A stretch of DNA of 64,000 nt from Nageia nagi (GCA_050084985.1 JBITNC010000001.1:2170001-2234000), one strand, 5' to 3'. Positions 37,113 to 49,914 are shown, counted from the stretch's first letter. Numbers and translations: made by a program. The notes: a model not told the origin generated them from the letters alone.

Positions 37113-38589
37113 AACACAATATCTGCTCTCATTGGAATAACTTTGGAACCTTGGGATAGTATGCCTCCTCCGAATAAGAATCCTCTCCACTGAAGGAGTC
37201 GTCCTCAAATCTTGGATAACCACAAAAGGTAGAATCAATACCTCGGAATATCATCGGATGGGCAAAGGTGCTACACCAATGCTGTAGACACACATGATCC
37301 CTCAACTTGAATGCCCTCTAGACGTTGCGCCTAGGAAAGCTTGCTTAGCACCGCTAAGACTTGTTGTCCTCTGGACTATTGTAGAAATAATAATGATCAA
37401 GTATATCCAATATTGAGACTCCAAAGACTAATATATTCTTCCTTGTTCCGGATTACACCTCAAAGTCATCACCCAATCCCCTCATGGCCCAACATTGGCA
37501 CCTAGGATCAATCCGGGCTCAACGTGGATATCTGGACCTCCCTATGCTCCACATGGACCCGAGAATGCATGCATGGGCACCTAGGGGGCAACGTGGGTCT
37601 CAAGGGCCAACATGGGGTCTAAAAGTCTCCCCCAAGCTAGCACATGTGTCTACATGATTCCCATCTCAACGTTGGGTCATAAAGTGTACATTCGTCCAAT
37701 AAATGTTAAATAGACCTTGGGATTCCCACAATCATGTTTCAAGATCTCCAAGTATGACAAATACACCTAATCTAACCTTAGGAGGGAGACGTCCCACTTG
37801 GGGCTCACATCTAGGTCCATTGAATAAAGTATATTACAAAGAGAGACCTTTTGGACCCCACAATTAATTACAATTGATCAAGGGGGACAGTCACACTTTG
37901 ATGCTATCCTTTGGGACCTATCATGAGAGCAACCAAGCTCAGAGGCTAGTTGCCCTTCTCCTCAGAGACTACAACGTGTAGGCACTTTGGATGATCTTGT
38001 AGATATTGGTTCCTTGCCCTCGGTGAAAGTCTGAGAAAAAGAAACCATCCTGTCCGAGAAAAAGAAACCATCCTGAGCCATGGATGAAAGATGAGGGATG
38101 TATAATGTCTCTGGATATGGGTTATAATTTAGGTGTCTCGATGGTTATTCGAATGACTAGTGAGAGTTCATTCACTATAATGAAACCGACAATGCAACTG
38201 TGAGTGACGATGTTGACATGGCTCATACCCCGTCAAGCGATGCAAGTCATTGTGCATACTGCTTTTTGTTGTCTATCTTTATTTTGTTTTGTTGTTTTGT
38301 TTTTGTTTAAGCTATTCTTAAGGCTTCCACAATAAGCCCCAAATTTTAGCAAATTTGGGGACCCACGAATTTTCGTAATACGAAATTGCTCGTGTGGAAT
38401 GGCTAAGCCGATGATGTCTCGAAGTTGGGAAGCACGAGGGATATGGATTGATAGAAAATAAACAAAATGGACTCTTGGGGTAAATGGATCAGGATTTTGG
38501 TTAAGACTCTCCCAAGTGCATGTCTTCCAGGAAGTCAAACCTCATGCCCCCCTCAAGACCTGTTCCAGCCCTCCATAAGGTTTAGGTGA

Positions 38590-39250
38590 AAATTTCAAGC
38601 AACAAGGACAGATTTCAGCTAAGTATGGAGCATATTTTTCCTAGGTACAAACTCGGAAGAAGACAAGCCTCTTGACTCCTGGAAGACTTGCGCTAAGCTC
38701 ATACGCATTTCCCTAATGTAGATGTGAACCAAGACAAGCGTTTTGATCCCTTCTAAGATTTGCACTGGGCCAATACTTCCTCATTTAGGTGGAAGTGTGA
38801 ACTAGGACAACCATTTCTACCCTTTTCGGACTTGCGTTGGATTCATGTTCCCCTTTTCTTTGTGCAAATTTTGAGTAAGACATGATTTTAGATCTCCAAG
38901 ATATATGCGCCGAACTTATTTTTCCTTCCTGGACACAAGTTTGGATCAAGACAAGCATTGTTACCCTCACAAAACTTGCGCTTGGCCTCCTTGAGTGCGT
39001 GATCGAGCCTGGTCATTATTGGAGACTCCTTAATGACTTGAGCTGAGCCTATCTAGCCCTCCCAGGCGCAAATCTGGATAGGACAAGGACATTGACCCCC
39101 AAGAGATCTGCGCTAGCCCTATCTTTCTCTCTTGAGCGCATGTTTCAGCTAAGACAAGTATCTTGACCCTCCAAACATTTGCGCTAAGCTTCTAAGTGCA
39201 CCTTCGAGCAAAACATGATTTATAACCCTCATGAAACATGTGGCAAGCCT
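38590..39250. repeat. Array of palindromic units GCGCA...GACAAG...TTGAC...TGCGC
   Basis: For example 39066-39113 GCGCAAATCT...AGATCTGCGC and 39136-39184. Confidence 0.7.
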
Positions 39251-40279
39251 CCAGGTCACATGCCAACAAAAGTTAAATTTCTTAATTTTCGATGGGAGAC
39301 AAGGCAAATTTATGAAGATGGTTTGGTTCGTTGCCGGATCTCAAATGTCTCCCTCGAGAGCCATTTTAGACATGATGGAATACATTTATTATTTTTAATA
39401 AGTCAAATTAGTGGTCGCAGGATAGTTTAATTTATGGTCGAGGCCAATTATTATTTAATTTTAAAATGCCATATATATTAAAGTTAAATTTTAACTTTTA
39501 TCATTTTAAATAAAAAAAAAAAAAAACCATTAAGAAGACAAAGAAATAATAATCAAAATTAAAATAAAGTGTTTACTGGGAAAGCAAAAAGATGAGGCTC
39601 CAATATTATAGAAGGGGTGACAAGTAAATTAGATATTTTTAGGCCGTAAGGCGTTCCCTCTTTGAGAGTTTTTGCGCCAAATTTCAATCACGTGGCTGAT
39701 AGACTGGCAGAATCACTGACCGTGATTGAAAGAATTTAGCCATGGATCCTCCTTCAGGCTGTCTGCATCATGCATCTTGTTAAACAATTTGGGTGCCTTA
39801 AATGCATGCTTGGAGGACGCTGAGAAAGGTGAATTGATCTGGTTGGACTACTGCTCGTGTTTGTTGACCTTGCATCGGCGTACCCATTGCACTTGTTTGC
39901 AATTGCTAGTAGTAACCCTTTGAGGCACCCACATTGCAAAGGCAAAAATAAATAAAAATGTTTATCATCATCAGGGATAAAAAAAAATCTCCTTTGAAAT
40001 CTGGGCTCAGCTTCCACAATGAGTTCCTTATGATGGAGGATATGCAGCTCATGGTTATGGCAAATAAGACTGTGGGCATGCTGGACAAATGGTGCAAGGT
40101 ATTCATATACAAAATAGTTAGGCGGGGTCTCTTTTGCATGCAAATGTGATAACAGCGGGGGAGATTTATGACAAGGGTTTATCCAGTTGGAATGCACACA
40201 TCTAAGACTCATGATAAATGGATTTTTCTGGCCCTTTGGGCTCGTGGCTGCCCTGCGAGACTTGCAAGCAGAGCATAGA

Positions 40280-40470
40280 GGAATACGTATGTCCGGAGAA
40301 TTGTTTGACAAGCTGCATAGGCAGGCACAGTTACGTCAGCTGCATGTTGGGAGGATTTGCGATTCATGGCTATGGCGAGTTTGCCTTTAAACTCCTTGAT
40401 CTGATGCGACACTTAGGAACCACCTAATAGCATAACCCTTGCATGTGTTTGATATGCACACAGCCATGCG
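40280..40470 (+). pseudogene. Decayed PLS-class PPR fragment
   Basis: With frameshifts it reads ELFDKLH...MLGGFAIHGYGEFAFKLLDLMRHLGT-PNSITLACV*YAHSHA, matching the PPR pattern LFDKM..AMIxGYAMHGxGxxALxLFxxM..PxxITFxxVLxACSHA. Confidence 0.75.
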
Positions 40471-40709
40471 TGTAGGAGTAGCGGATTGACTCTCAATACG
40501 TCAACAGCAGTGGCTCTTATTGCGTTTTTCTTGCAGGTAATTAATACGCTGGGGAGATTTGCAAACGGGTTTATGCCTACATCGGAGACTTTTTAAGCAG
40601 GGCCTCTTTTTTTTTTCGTAGCTGCAGCTGCTCTGAGAGACGTGTAAGCAAAGTTTGGTAGAATACGTAAGTCCTGGGAATCATTTGACTTGCTGCATGC
40701 GAGGAGAAG

Positions 40710-41075
40710 GGCACTATAGATGCCAAAAGGAATGGAGGGGCCCTTGGAAGACAGACTATGCTTAAAAGTGATCAACGTTCAGGTTGCCAAAGCTTATCTT
40801 TGCCGGAGAGAGTTGAAGGCGCTCCTAATTTCAGAGTAGAACCCAGATTTCCAGTTTATGGTGTAGCCAACCCAACAGTTGATGGTATTAGAGCCGTTAT
40901 TCAACGGATAAGGGGAATGAAGGGTGGAAAGCTGGTTTTATGGCGCAGTATGAGAGAAGAACCTGTAATTTATATTAATGGAAAGCCTTTTGTGCTTCGT
41001 GAGGTGGAAAGGCCAGTGGAAAACATGCTAGAATACACGGGCATAGATAGCGAAAGGGTAGAGCTAATAGAAGCT
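40710..41075 (+). pseudogene. Fragment of a paladin-like (PTP-like/phytase domain) gene
   Basis: RNGGALGRQTMLKSD..GCQSLSLPERVEGAPNFR..FPVYGVANPTVDGIRAVI..W..MREEPVIYINGKPFVLREVERP..NMLEYTGID.ERVE is a recognisable plant paladin repeat. It is an isolated piece with no flanking exons. Confidence 0.85.
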
Positions 41076-42288
41076 ACATGTCTGGAGTTATTTAAATTCA
41101 GAAGCAGCTGCTGTACATACTCCAATAGAATCAATCAAGACAACTTTTGAGCTGAATTTTTGGTAAGCTACTGCTGCAGCGATTAAAGATTCATATGTGA
41201 TGGAGGGATGGACTGAAGCTTTCCGTGGAAGATGTTTATTGCAAATCTCGATGATGAAGAAGCTTATTGGATGATTCTCATGTTATTTGATGGCGCATTC
41301 AAGAAAAAAGCATCAGTCAGGATATTGTTTAGTGAGAGGTTTCTGCATTGGAAAGTATTTCCTGTTCCTTGGTTGAGATGAATATTGCAAATCACTATTT
41401 TTCACTGTTCACCTATATCAAAAGAGCATTCCCAGGAGCAGACAAACAAAATTCAATTTGATGTGATAAGTCATCTTGTTAGAATGTTACAGCAACAGTT
41501 GGTCTTTCATTGCAAAAGACAAAAAAAAATGACAGCAAATGTCTCTGGCCACCTTCCAGTTAGCAATGGCAATGATGCTAAGAGCACCCTCCATGTGTTG
41601 CAAAATAATGGTGGTGATCACTTAGATAATGGATTTGAGGAAGACATTGCATTCATTATGCAACATGTTTGATTGATGCATACATCCTTTGTTGGGACTA
41701 TCGAGTTGGTTTTTCTTTTTAGATTTAGTTATTTTTCACCTTGTGATGGATGCGGTTTTACTTCCACAAGTGTGAAAGGGTTATTTCATTTCAGCTTCAT
41801 TTCAAGATATTTCATTTCATTTTAGTTTATTAATTTCATTTGAATTAGGGTAGAATTTGCTAAAATTAGGTGAATTTCAATAAATTTCATGTAATTTCAT
41901 TTGAATTAGGGTAACACTTAATAGGGTTTTGAGAAACTATAAGTACCTCAAGAAGGTCATTTTGTAGGGAGAGGATGATCATTTTCTCAAATAGTGCTAT
42001 TGTGAAATTTGCAAAAACTTTAATATTCTCTTGTATGTAAATGTGATGCACAATTAATCAAATCAAGACTTGTTTCCTCTCAATGGGATTTCGAGTCTGA
42101 GTACTTGTGCTTGGTGTTTTCTTGTAGTTATTACGTGACTTGTGTACATTTGGAGCAAGTGTAGGCTTATTAGAAATATGGTTGAATATCTTATGAAGTT
42201 GTGTAATTGCTATTTGATGAATATTACTCACTCTTTGACATGAAGATGAATGAATGTTGGTGAAATCTTTTCTATGTTGTTTGGTTTG

Positions 42289-43468
42289 TGTAAGATTGCA
42301 AATACAATCTCAAGTGCAAATAATCAAATACAAGCAAATATGCACCCACGTCTGGACTAGAGTTTCAAATTGAAGCATTAACAATCCCACAATGCCAACG
42401 TCTTACATAAACAAGCATGAATGCAGCAAAACACCCCAACGTTTCAAATATGGAAGCATACACATCACATACAAAGACAAATGTTGAGATCAATGATGCC
42501 CACGGCTGTATTAATGATCAGGAATAACAAATGATACAATACCAGCCCTAAAGGGCTCAACGTTGGCCTCCAAGGAGCCAACTAGGGCACAATGAACATA
42601 CAAATGTGATCACTGCTGGTACACAGATGGGACAACGTCACTCCCTCAAGCCTGGATGATTTGTTGTAGAACTCCCATGTCTAGAAACCACTGAAGGTAG
42701 AAGTGTGACCTCGGAATACCATCGGATGGACTAAGATGCTACACCTTAGCCGTATATTAGCAAGGTCCCTCAACCTGCTAACCCTCCTAAATGCTGCACC
42801 TAGGGAAGATTGCTTGATGTTGCGCCAAGATTTGTGTCCCCTGGATGGTAGGAAAAGTAATAATAATCAAGTATATCCATGCAATGATGCTCCAACGCTT
42901 AATATAGCTCACATTGGATCTGGATCTCACCTCAAAGTCATCACCCAACCTTCCTATTCCAACTTTGGCTTCCTAGAAGCCCCACAAAGGCCAATGAAGG
43001 TGCCTAGGGGTCAATGCAAGCCCAAGGTGGGTATCTGGGCCCTTCACATGCTCAACGTGGGTCCTCATGCTCATCGTGGGTCTAGAGGGCATGCGTGGGT
43101 GTCTAGGAGTCATCATGGGCCAACGTGGGGGTGTAGGAGTCTCCCAAAAGCTGACGCATGTGTACAAGTGCTCCCAATTCCAATGTTGGGGCAAATAGGT
43201 GTTTATCCATGCTCATGTGTCATCTAAGTGCTATACAAGGCTTGGGATTCCCACAATCAATTCTCGGGATCTCCAAGTATATAAAATAATATTAAATCAT
43301 GCTAGCCTATGCTTGGGAAGAAGACGTCCCACTTGGGGCTCACAGTGGGGTCCAACGGACCTTTATAATTTCTATCCCAAGTTGTGCATAATTAAATACA
43401 TAAATATTTACAAAGGGGAATCCATGAGATTCCATAATTAATTGCATTTTACAAAAGAGGATGTTACA
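42289..43468 (-). mobile_element. Solo LTR, family A
   Basis: TGTAA...TTACA termini, perfect TSD GTTTG (42284-42288, 43469-43473). The host LTR is continuous at this point in the copy near 3390. Confidence 0.9.
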
Positions 43469-45617
43469 GTTTGATGGGCTACTCACATTGATGGGAATCC
43501 ATGGGATCCTATTTGTTACAATTTGGACTTAGTCGTTTGTAGCAAGGTGGGATAAGTGAGTGCTGTACTTCATAATAAACCCGGTAGAAAGGTGATCCAA
43601 TCCCTTGTTCATCAGTGGGCATGTCATTGAATGTACCCCCGCCATCATCCTCATTCTTATGCTTTTCTTTTCTTTTCTTTTGTTATTTGTACTTTCTTTA
43701 CCATAAAAAGTCTATACTTTCAATTAGTGTAGAACAACTTCAATGCCCACAGCAAATGTGGTTAACCATTGCTACCTCTATCCTCCCACTTAATGTTCCA
43801 AGTATAGCTACTGTCATAGTCGTATAAAACATCTTATGATGCTAGAAACCTTGAGGTAACCAGTCCTTTCAAGCGGAGGTTCGTAACACCACCTCACTAA
43901 CATTTTGGATGCTCTTTCCTAGTTATCACCTAGGTGGTCTTCGTAAGTGGAAAGAAAAAGATCCCAACACATTCATGTAAGTTCTTCAATGGATATGGTG
44001 GAAGCCAATCCCACTTGTTTAGACTTAGATTGTAGATAGTGTAATAACTATTCAATTGTGTTGTACAAATTTTCAGAGTGTGGAGACACGAATTGAAGGT
44101 GAAAAATCCATTTTTCCAGCCTGCTGTGTTTTCTAGTATTGTGCAGTCTAGATTTTACAAAAGTTTGAACAACCTACTTTGGAGCTTAATCACTTTTTCT
44201 GTGTTGCCCCTTTTGTAGAATGTGATACACTGTTGTGAAGGTCTTACCAATTGCTTTCCATCCATAAATCACATGCTTTATTTTATTTTATGTTTGGTGC
44301 TTCATTTTCACCTATGAAAATTACGTTTTAGTTGTTTTTTGCCCAAACTCTTACGCATCTATTCAGTACTATGGCTCTTCTAAAGCTGAAGTCCAATATT
44401 TGATATTTTTACATTTTTGGATACCCATTATTGAATTCTTTCTGACCTTATTTTGTTTACCTCATTCTAAGCTCATTTGGTCATCTGTTTATCAACTTTG
44501 GCCCTCTGCTATGTAACGTTGGTGCTTACTGTTTTGAGCTGTTCTGCTTCTACTTTTATGTCGTAAACTTCATCAAAAACACTTATTATCCAAAGGTAGG
44601 CTTGGTTATACATCCTTCTTTAATTCTATTGTTTCTTAAGTTTTCTCTAAGATCCTTTATTTTTATTGAAGCATGCTTTGAGTCTCAGTAACCTACATGG
44701 AGAGTTATGGACATCAAGTTCACAAGTTTAAGAGTAAGTATCTTATTTGTACTTGAGGAAAATTTGAAACTAACTAGGTGATAAAAAGCAAAAATGTTTA
44801 AAATTAAACAAATATATGTTTCTGTTCATAATGTATCTATACCAAGGCAACTTGCGAATAGTGTAGCAAAAATTTGCACGTTTTCTGTTTGACTTGTTTG
44901 TTATAAGCAATTCAAAGGGAAAGTATGCAAGTTTGACTGGGTTTGATGAGGTCTCTTTACTAGTCATGGGCTATACTATTAGAGTCAAGTGAAAAACGTG
45001 AGAGTACTCGTTTTGGAGGAACAGTTTGAAAAATGTGAGAGTACTTGGGATAACCTGTTTCACTTTGGAACATAAATATAATCTCATTACACAATGTATA
45101 CTGTATTTTGATTGCATTTTTCTTAATTTTACCATAATAATGATGATTTCAAGATATCTCAATGTGAAGATGTATTCTGATAGAGTTGCTTGTATATATA
45201 GTTGATACAGAGTAAATTAATTGTGCTCCTTCCTTGTTTCTGGAGACAATATTTTATCTTTCATCATATTACAATATGTACTGTACCGTGAAGCATTCTT
45301 AAATTTGTTATACTAAAATTAATGAAAGACAGAACTGCAAGATATCTCACATTGAAGATGTAATATTGTAAAGTTGTGTGTGTAGTTCATGCATTTTAAG
45401 TAGATGGAGTTCCTTGGCTCGTTTCTGGAGATGTTTTCATATACTTTATAGAAGATTGATATCTTGATTTTATAAAATCAAACACATGAGATGCTTGTTT
45501 GGCTAATATTGATAAATCAATATAACTGTTTGATGTTCTCAGGGGTTGATTAGCCTTAATTGTTCGATATGGATACAATGCTATTTATAAATACTAATGT
45601 CTCAATTACTTGACCAG

Positions 45618-46193
45618 GCAGTAACTAGCTTATGTTGGCAACGGTCAAACCCCACGTTTGTCAATGTGGCCAATTGCACAGTTGACGTTGCTCTTTTAGG
45701 AGATTCTGGAGAAGACTGCATCCTTATGCCAGATCCACTTCCGACTTCAACATCCACATTCCATGTATCCACATCCATGATATCAACCCATATTTCTGGA
45801 CAAACTGGTATATCTACCTCTGATAATTCTCCAATCTCTGTGAGTGGTATAAGTGCAGTGTCAAATGGCTTCTGTTCATCATCTGGAGAGCATACCCCAG
45901 CTGGGAATCAGTTACGGGCAGGAGGGGTCATCTCAAAGTTCTCTGCTTCCAACAGTGATTTCAGTTTTAAGGATGACATGGATGTCTTCTCTCCTCTAGT
46001 TGATGTTCAGCCTATAACTCCACTCCCTACGGATACTCATGGGGATACAAATAAAGAAGCTGTAGTTGATGAGAGCTATAAAAAGCTGTTATTTTCTCCA
46101 TCGCCTTTGAGCACAGACAGGAGGTTACCCTCAATCAAAGAATTGAAATCTGACCCTCTGTTGAATTTTGAGTATAAATTAATCGCAAAACAG
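45618..46193 (+). CDS. NEDD1: NEDD1 internal exon (last WD40 strand plus Ser-rich linker)
   Basis: ccAG|GCA...CAG|GTaatg, 192 codons: AVTSLCWQRSNP...ALLGDSGEDCILMPDPLP...DDMDVFSPLVDVQPITP, conserved plant NEDD1 motifs. Confidence 0.9.
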
Positions 46194-46748
46194 GTAATGT
46201 TTATTTTTGCAGGTTTTTCATTTAATAAAAAATTAATCATTAGTCAAACCTCTGGATATGTAATGGCATCATCCATTAGATTCTGTTTTATCCATAGAAT
46301 ATTTGGGTACTGATGTTGTTATCATACATTGGAATGCAATAATTTATTTATAGTTACTTTTAACACCAGCATAAAATTATAAATGATGAAAACATGTTTT
46401 TATAATATAATTTTTTTTCTGAGGTTTTATAATATAATTTTCTTCCTGAGGTAATTAATTTGCTTTTATTTTCCAGCTGCACTACAGTTACTTTGTACAC
46501 ATACTCCATGTGAATAACTCAATGAACCCAAAATGCACTGCCCAAGTTTTCATCTGGGACCTTTCTTTCACATTTGGATGGTCTACCAACCAAGATATTG
46601 GTTCCTTGTTGGGATCTATATTTTAATTTTAGTTTTAGAATCCTTTTCATTAAGGGCCATAGTTAATAAAATATTGATGTCTTCCTGCAACTAATTAATC
46701 TCCTTTTATTTTCTGGTAATTAATTTCCCTGCAAATTATTTAAGATCC

Positions 46749-48853
46749 TGTTGTGCATGCACCACACACGTTAAAATACAGGATTTTGGGGACCCTATTT
46801 TTTCAAAGGCAACGAAGTGAATTGCCTAGACAGTGGTCTTGGGTGACAGGATAGTTGATTCTGAGCAGTGTAAAGATGATATCAGGGAGCTATGTATGGA
46901 GATTACCCGTTAAAGTCCTTGAAATAATTCACAGTATCCACTCACCAGCTTTGGAGTCAAAGAGCCAGGGTTTGAGCAATACAACAGAGTACAGGATTTT
47001 TTTTGGGTTTCGAAGAGGCCTATGGAAATGGGGTTATTTTTCAAGTTTGCCAGAGTAAAAACATGAATATGCCAAGCTGTGAAGGATGGAAAAGCAAGCA
47101 CATTTAAACTTGGAACTTTTCAGAAACAGTCAAAGATGCAAAAGTTGTGCAAAGGAGGGAGTTTTCATTATGATTTCATAAATCATCCTCAAATTTCGTA
47201 AATGAATGGAAATGGGCATTTGGAGCAACTTTAGTATTCAAAATATTTAAAAAAAAATCAAGTTTTAGGCCTCAAAATCCTAGGTGCTGGTTTTGGGTAT
47301 GATTTCTTGAAAAAACTCATGATTTCTTGAGAAAACTCAAAAATTTCAAAAGGGAAGAAAAAAGTTTTTTGTGTTTATTCCAATGAGATGGTGATAAGTG
47401 GCAAAAATATAATTTTTTTTTATAAAAAAGTGAAATTTGAAGACAATGTGTGGAATGATCACCCAAATGCATTCCCTTTGAAATTTTTGAAAAAAGTGAA
47501 AAATGAAGATTTTGTGACTAGGCGGCCATTTTGGAGAGGATCTGTTTGAAAAAAGCTTGAGCCACTTCCATCCGCCAATGTGAATTGGGATATTACACCA
47601 AAAAGCTCAAAATCAATATAAAAAACATGGGTATTTTCAAGCACCTTTAAACAAGCATCTTTAACCTTGGAGGAATTGCCAAAGAAGCCAACGTCCACAT
47701 TTGCAAGTGAGGTCATCTCCATCCTTCTCCAAAATATATGCAAATGGGCTCTAAAATCTCCAGAATTGCTCTAGATCTATGCAGACAGGTTGAATTTCTG
47801 TTTTTAGTTTTTAATGGGATGCATTATTACCCCACTACCGGAATTGTAATTTTAAATTAGTATTTTATTGGCATTTTAGTGAAAAATAGGCAAAAGGCAC
47901 TAGTGAACATGCAAAATGTACTATCACTATTGGGCATGTAAAATGCACCAAAAAGTCTATAAATATAGACCCTAGAGGGTCTCATTTGTAATAGAGTGAA
48001 ATTTGGAGAAAACCCAATTTTTTTTTTTATAATTGAGAAGCAAATCCGAAATTTTTTGTATAACTCTTTTATGAAGCTAATGCAAGTGGTGATAAAGAAG
48101 GGAAAAGTGAATATATCATTTGTGGTGTGGTGAAATAGATCGATTGAGGACTTTTTGTTGTGAGTCAAGTGCTTTCATGCTTTTCTTTGAGAACTTTCAA
48201 GTTTTAGGAAAATTTATTTAAAATCCTTTGGAGTGTTGAATTGCTCAAACTGTTGCTTTTTTCCATAGCATGCATGTTTAGTGAATGTATTCTGAGTCTG
48301 ATTGCTCTTTATGTCTAGTTAGAGCTTCCATTCAAAACTAAGTTCCTCCCATGTTTATTCCTTCACTTCCATTTGATTGTTTACAATCTATCACACTTCC
48401 CGTTCCTCTTTGAAATAAATCGAACGAAAATTGTTTTGTTTGCAAAGTTGGATGAATTGAATGAACCCTTTAAATTGATACGAAGAGGAAGCCGCTTAGA
48501 CACGGCTTCATTGTGATTATTGCTTTGGTATCTCACCAGCATTCCAGCACTCTCATTCTCATCGTTTCTTTTCTTTTTTACTTTCTTTAAAAATCTAAAC
48601 AACTTTCAAACTTTGCACGAAATACCTAGGTACCCTAATTAAAATGTTGGAAATAACCATTGCCTCTTACATTGACTATTCTATAACCAAGGACAATATT
48701 TACAATTTCTTTAATCTCACAATTTCTTTGGACCTTCGGGTTCGATTCCTTTCAAGAGGGAATTGGTAATGCGGTCTCACCTAAATGTTGTGGAACTCTT
48801 TTCCAGTTTGTCATATTTCGACATGTGCTAGAGGAAAGAAAAACCTCCCAATA
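46749..48853 (+). mobile_element. 2.1-kb solo LTR (family D, same superfamily as B and C, no evident cargo)
   Basis: Starts TGTTGTG...GGATTTTGGGGACCCT, has CTATAAATA (~47957) and ends GGAAAGAAAAACCTCCCAATA. Flanks GATCC / GGTCC. Confidence 0.8.
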
Positions 48854-49914
48854 GGTCCTGTTAATAGTAATTCTCTCAAATAAGAAAGTTCTAAAAAAAA
48901 TCAACTTTTACATAAAGGCAAACACAATCACATTCCCAAAATCCAATCTTGTTTTCAGTAGTTTTACTTTTCACTAAACTTAAAATCCAAAGTTAATAAA
49001 TTAGAAACATGTGAACATGCAATTAGTTGCAACTTCGCACTTAATAATTTCTCTAACTCTTTAGAGTTAGAAAGTTATAGACGTACAAACATGGGAGGAG
49101 GCAACTAAAGTCTATTTTTTTTGGTTCATACTTCTTTACTTCTCTAACCTTTCCAAGTAAAGAACTTACAAACTCATGAACTTTTTATCTACGAGTTCAC
49201 ACCGCTGGAACAACTTAACCCCCGGAAAAGACATGCCATAAATAACTCAAATGTTGCAAATTTAATGACACGACTATAAAAACAATAGAACAACTTAAGC
49301 ATGTGACATTTTATTCTTACCGGCAAAATCATGTCAACGACCATGAAAACATAAAAAATCTCCATAATTGAATGAATTTAAAGCAATTCCTAAGACAAGA
49401 AAGAACCGATCAATCCTTTTTCTTTCTTTTGATGTTTTAATAAGAACATTCCATGAAAAACCATAGGTGCATCTACCAACTACGCGAACACCATTTTTGC
49501 ACCTAAACACACAATAAAACTTGCATGTTGAATATTTGAGAACACAACTTAATTACATGGAAAGACACAGTTAAATTACCTTTTCACATAATCTCGTATG
49601 CCCAATGTAGAATCTAAACAAATTGACTACATGAGATTGTTACTCTCTTATAAACACAACAACAAAATTTACCCAAGATCTTAGTTTGGATTTAACCAAA
49701 CACATCAATGAACCATTTAAGAGACTTGGAGCAAATGTCAGTCTAACATTATCAATGCATAACAAAGGTAATAACCAAAGTATTACAACACTCAACAGTG
49801 AACAATAACCATGCACATGATTTGATAGATCAGTGTTCTCTAATAATGGCACTCAAGGAGCTCTCTCTATAGTCTACATTGCTATGCCATTCTATGCTAT
49901 GCCATATTACATTA

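Larger units (their letters stand above)
16122..37895 (-). mobile_element. Non-autonomous gypsy (chromovirus-like, tRNA-iMet primed) gag-protease element, family A, carrying three nested insertions
   Basis: 5' LTR 28006-37895 (split by the copia). PBS TGGTATCAGAGC (reverse complement at 27992-28003). Gag motifs FDGKK..AWL..YF..FASLHFEGDALEW and protease VLIDPRVSHNFID...IILGVQWL. PPT-like GAGAGGGAAGG next to the 3' LTR 16122-17345, whose outer end is truncated. Confidence 0.85.
38318..43969 (+). mobile_element. ~4.5-kb solo LTR, family B, carrying captured host-gene fragments and a nested family-A solo LTR
   Basis: 5' motif CCCAAATTTTAGCAAATTTGGGGACCC at the expected distance from 38318. U5 end ...GGAAAGAAAAAGATCCCAACA at 43969. 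Flanks TATTC / CATTC (4/5 TSD). The first dinucleotide is TT rather than TG, so the left boundary is approximate. Confidence 0.7.
7124..45617 (+). other. NEDD1: 38,494-bp GT-AG intron of NEDD1
   Basis: The flanking phase-0 exons join to give ...AYGPHE|AVTSLCWQRS..., contiguous NEDD1 WD40 sequence. Confidence 0.85.

Noticed and set aside
38030-38078. 23-bp tandem duplication (similar at ~14704-14775)
   Set aside because: Ordinary local duplications with no further structure.
41690-43969. Family-B LTR starting at TGTTGGG 41690 (and TGTTG 1608)
   Set aside because: No matching TSD, and homology between the two copies extends far upstream. The 5' motif and a 4/5 TSD are at 38318.
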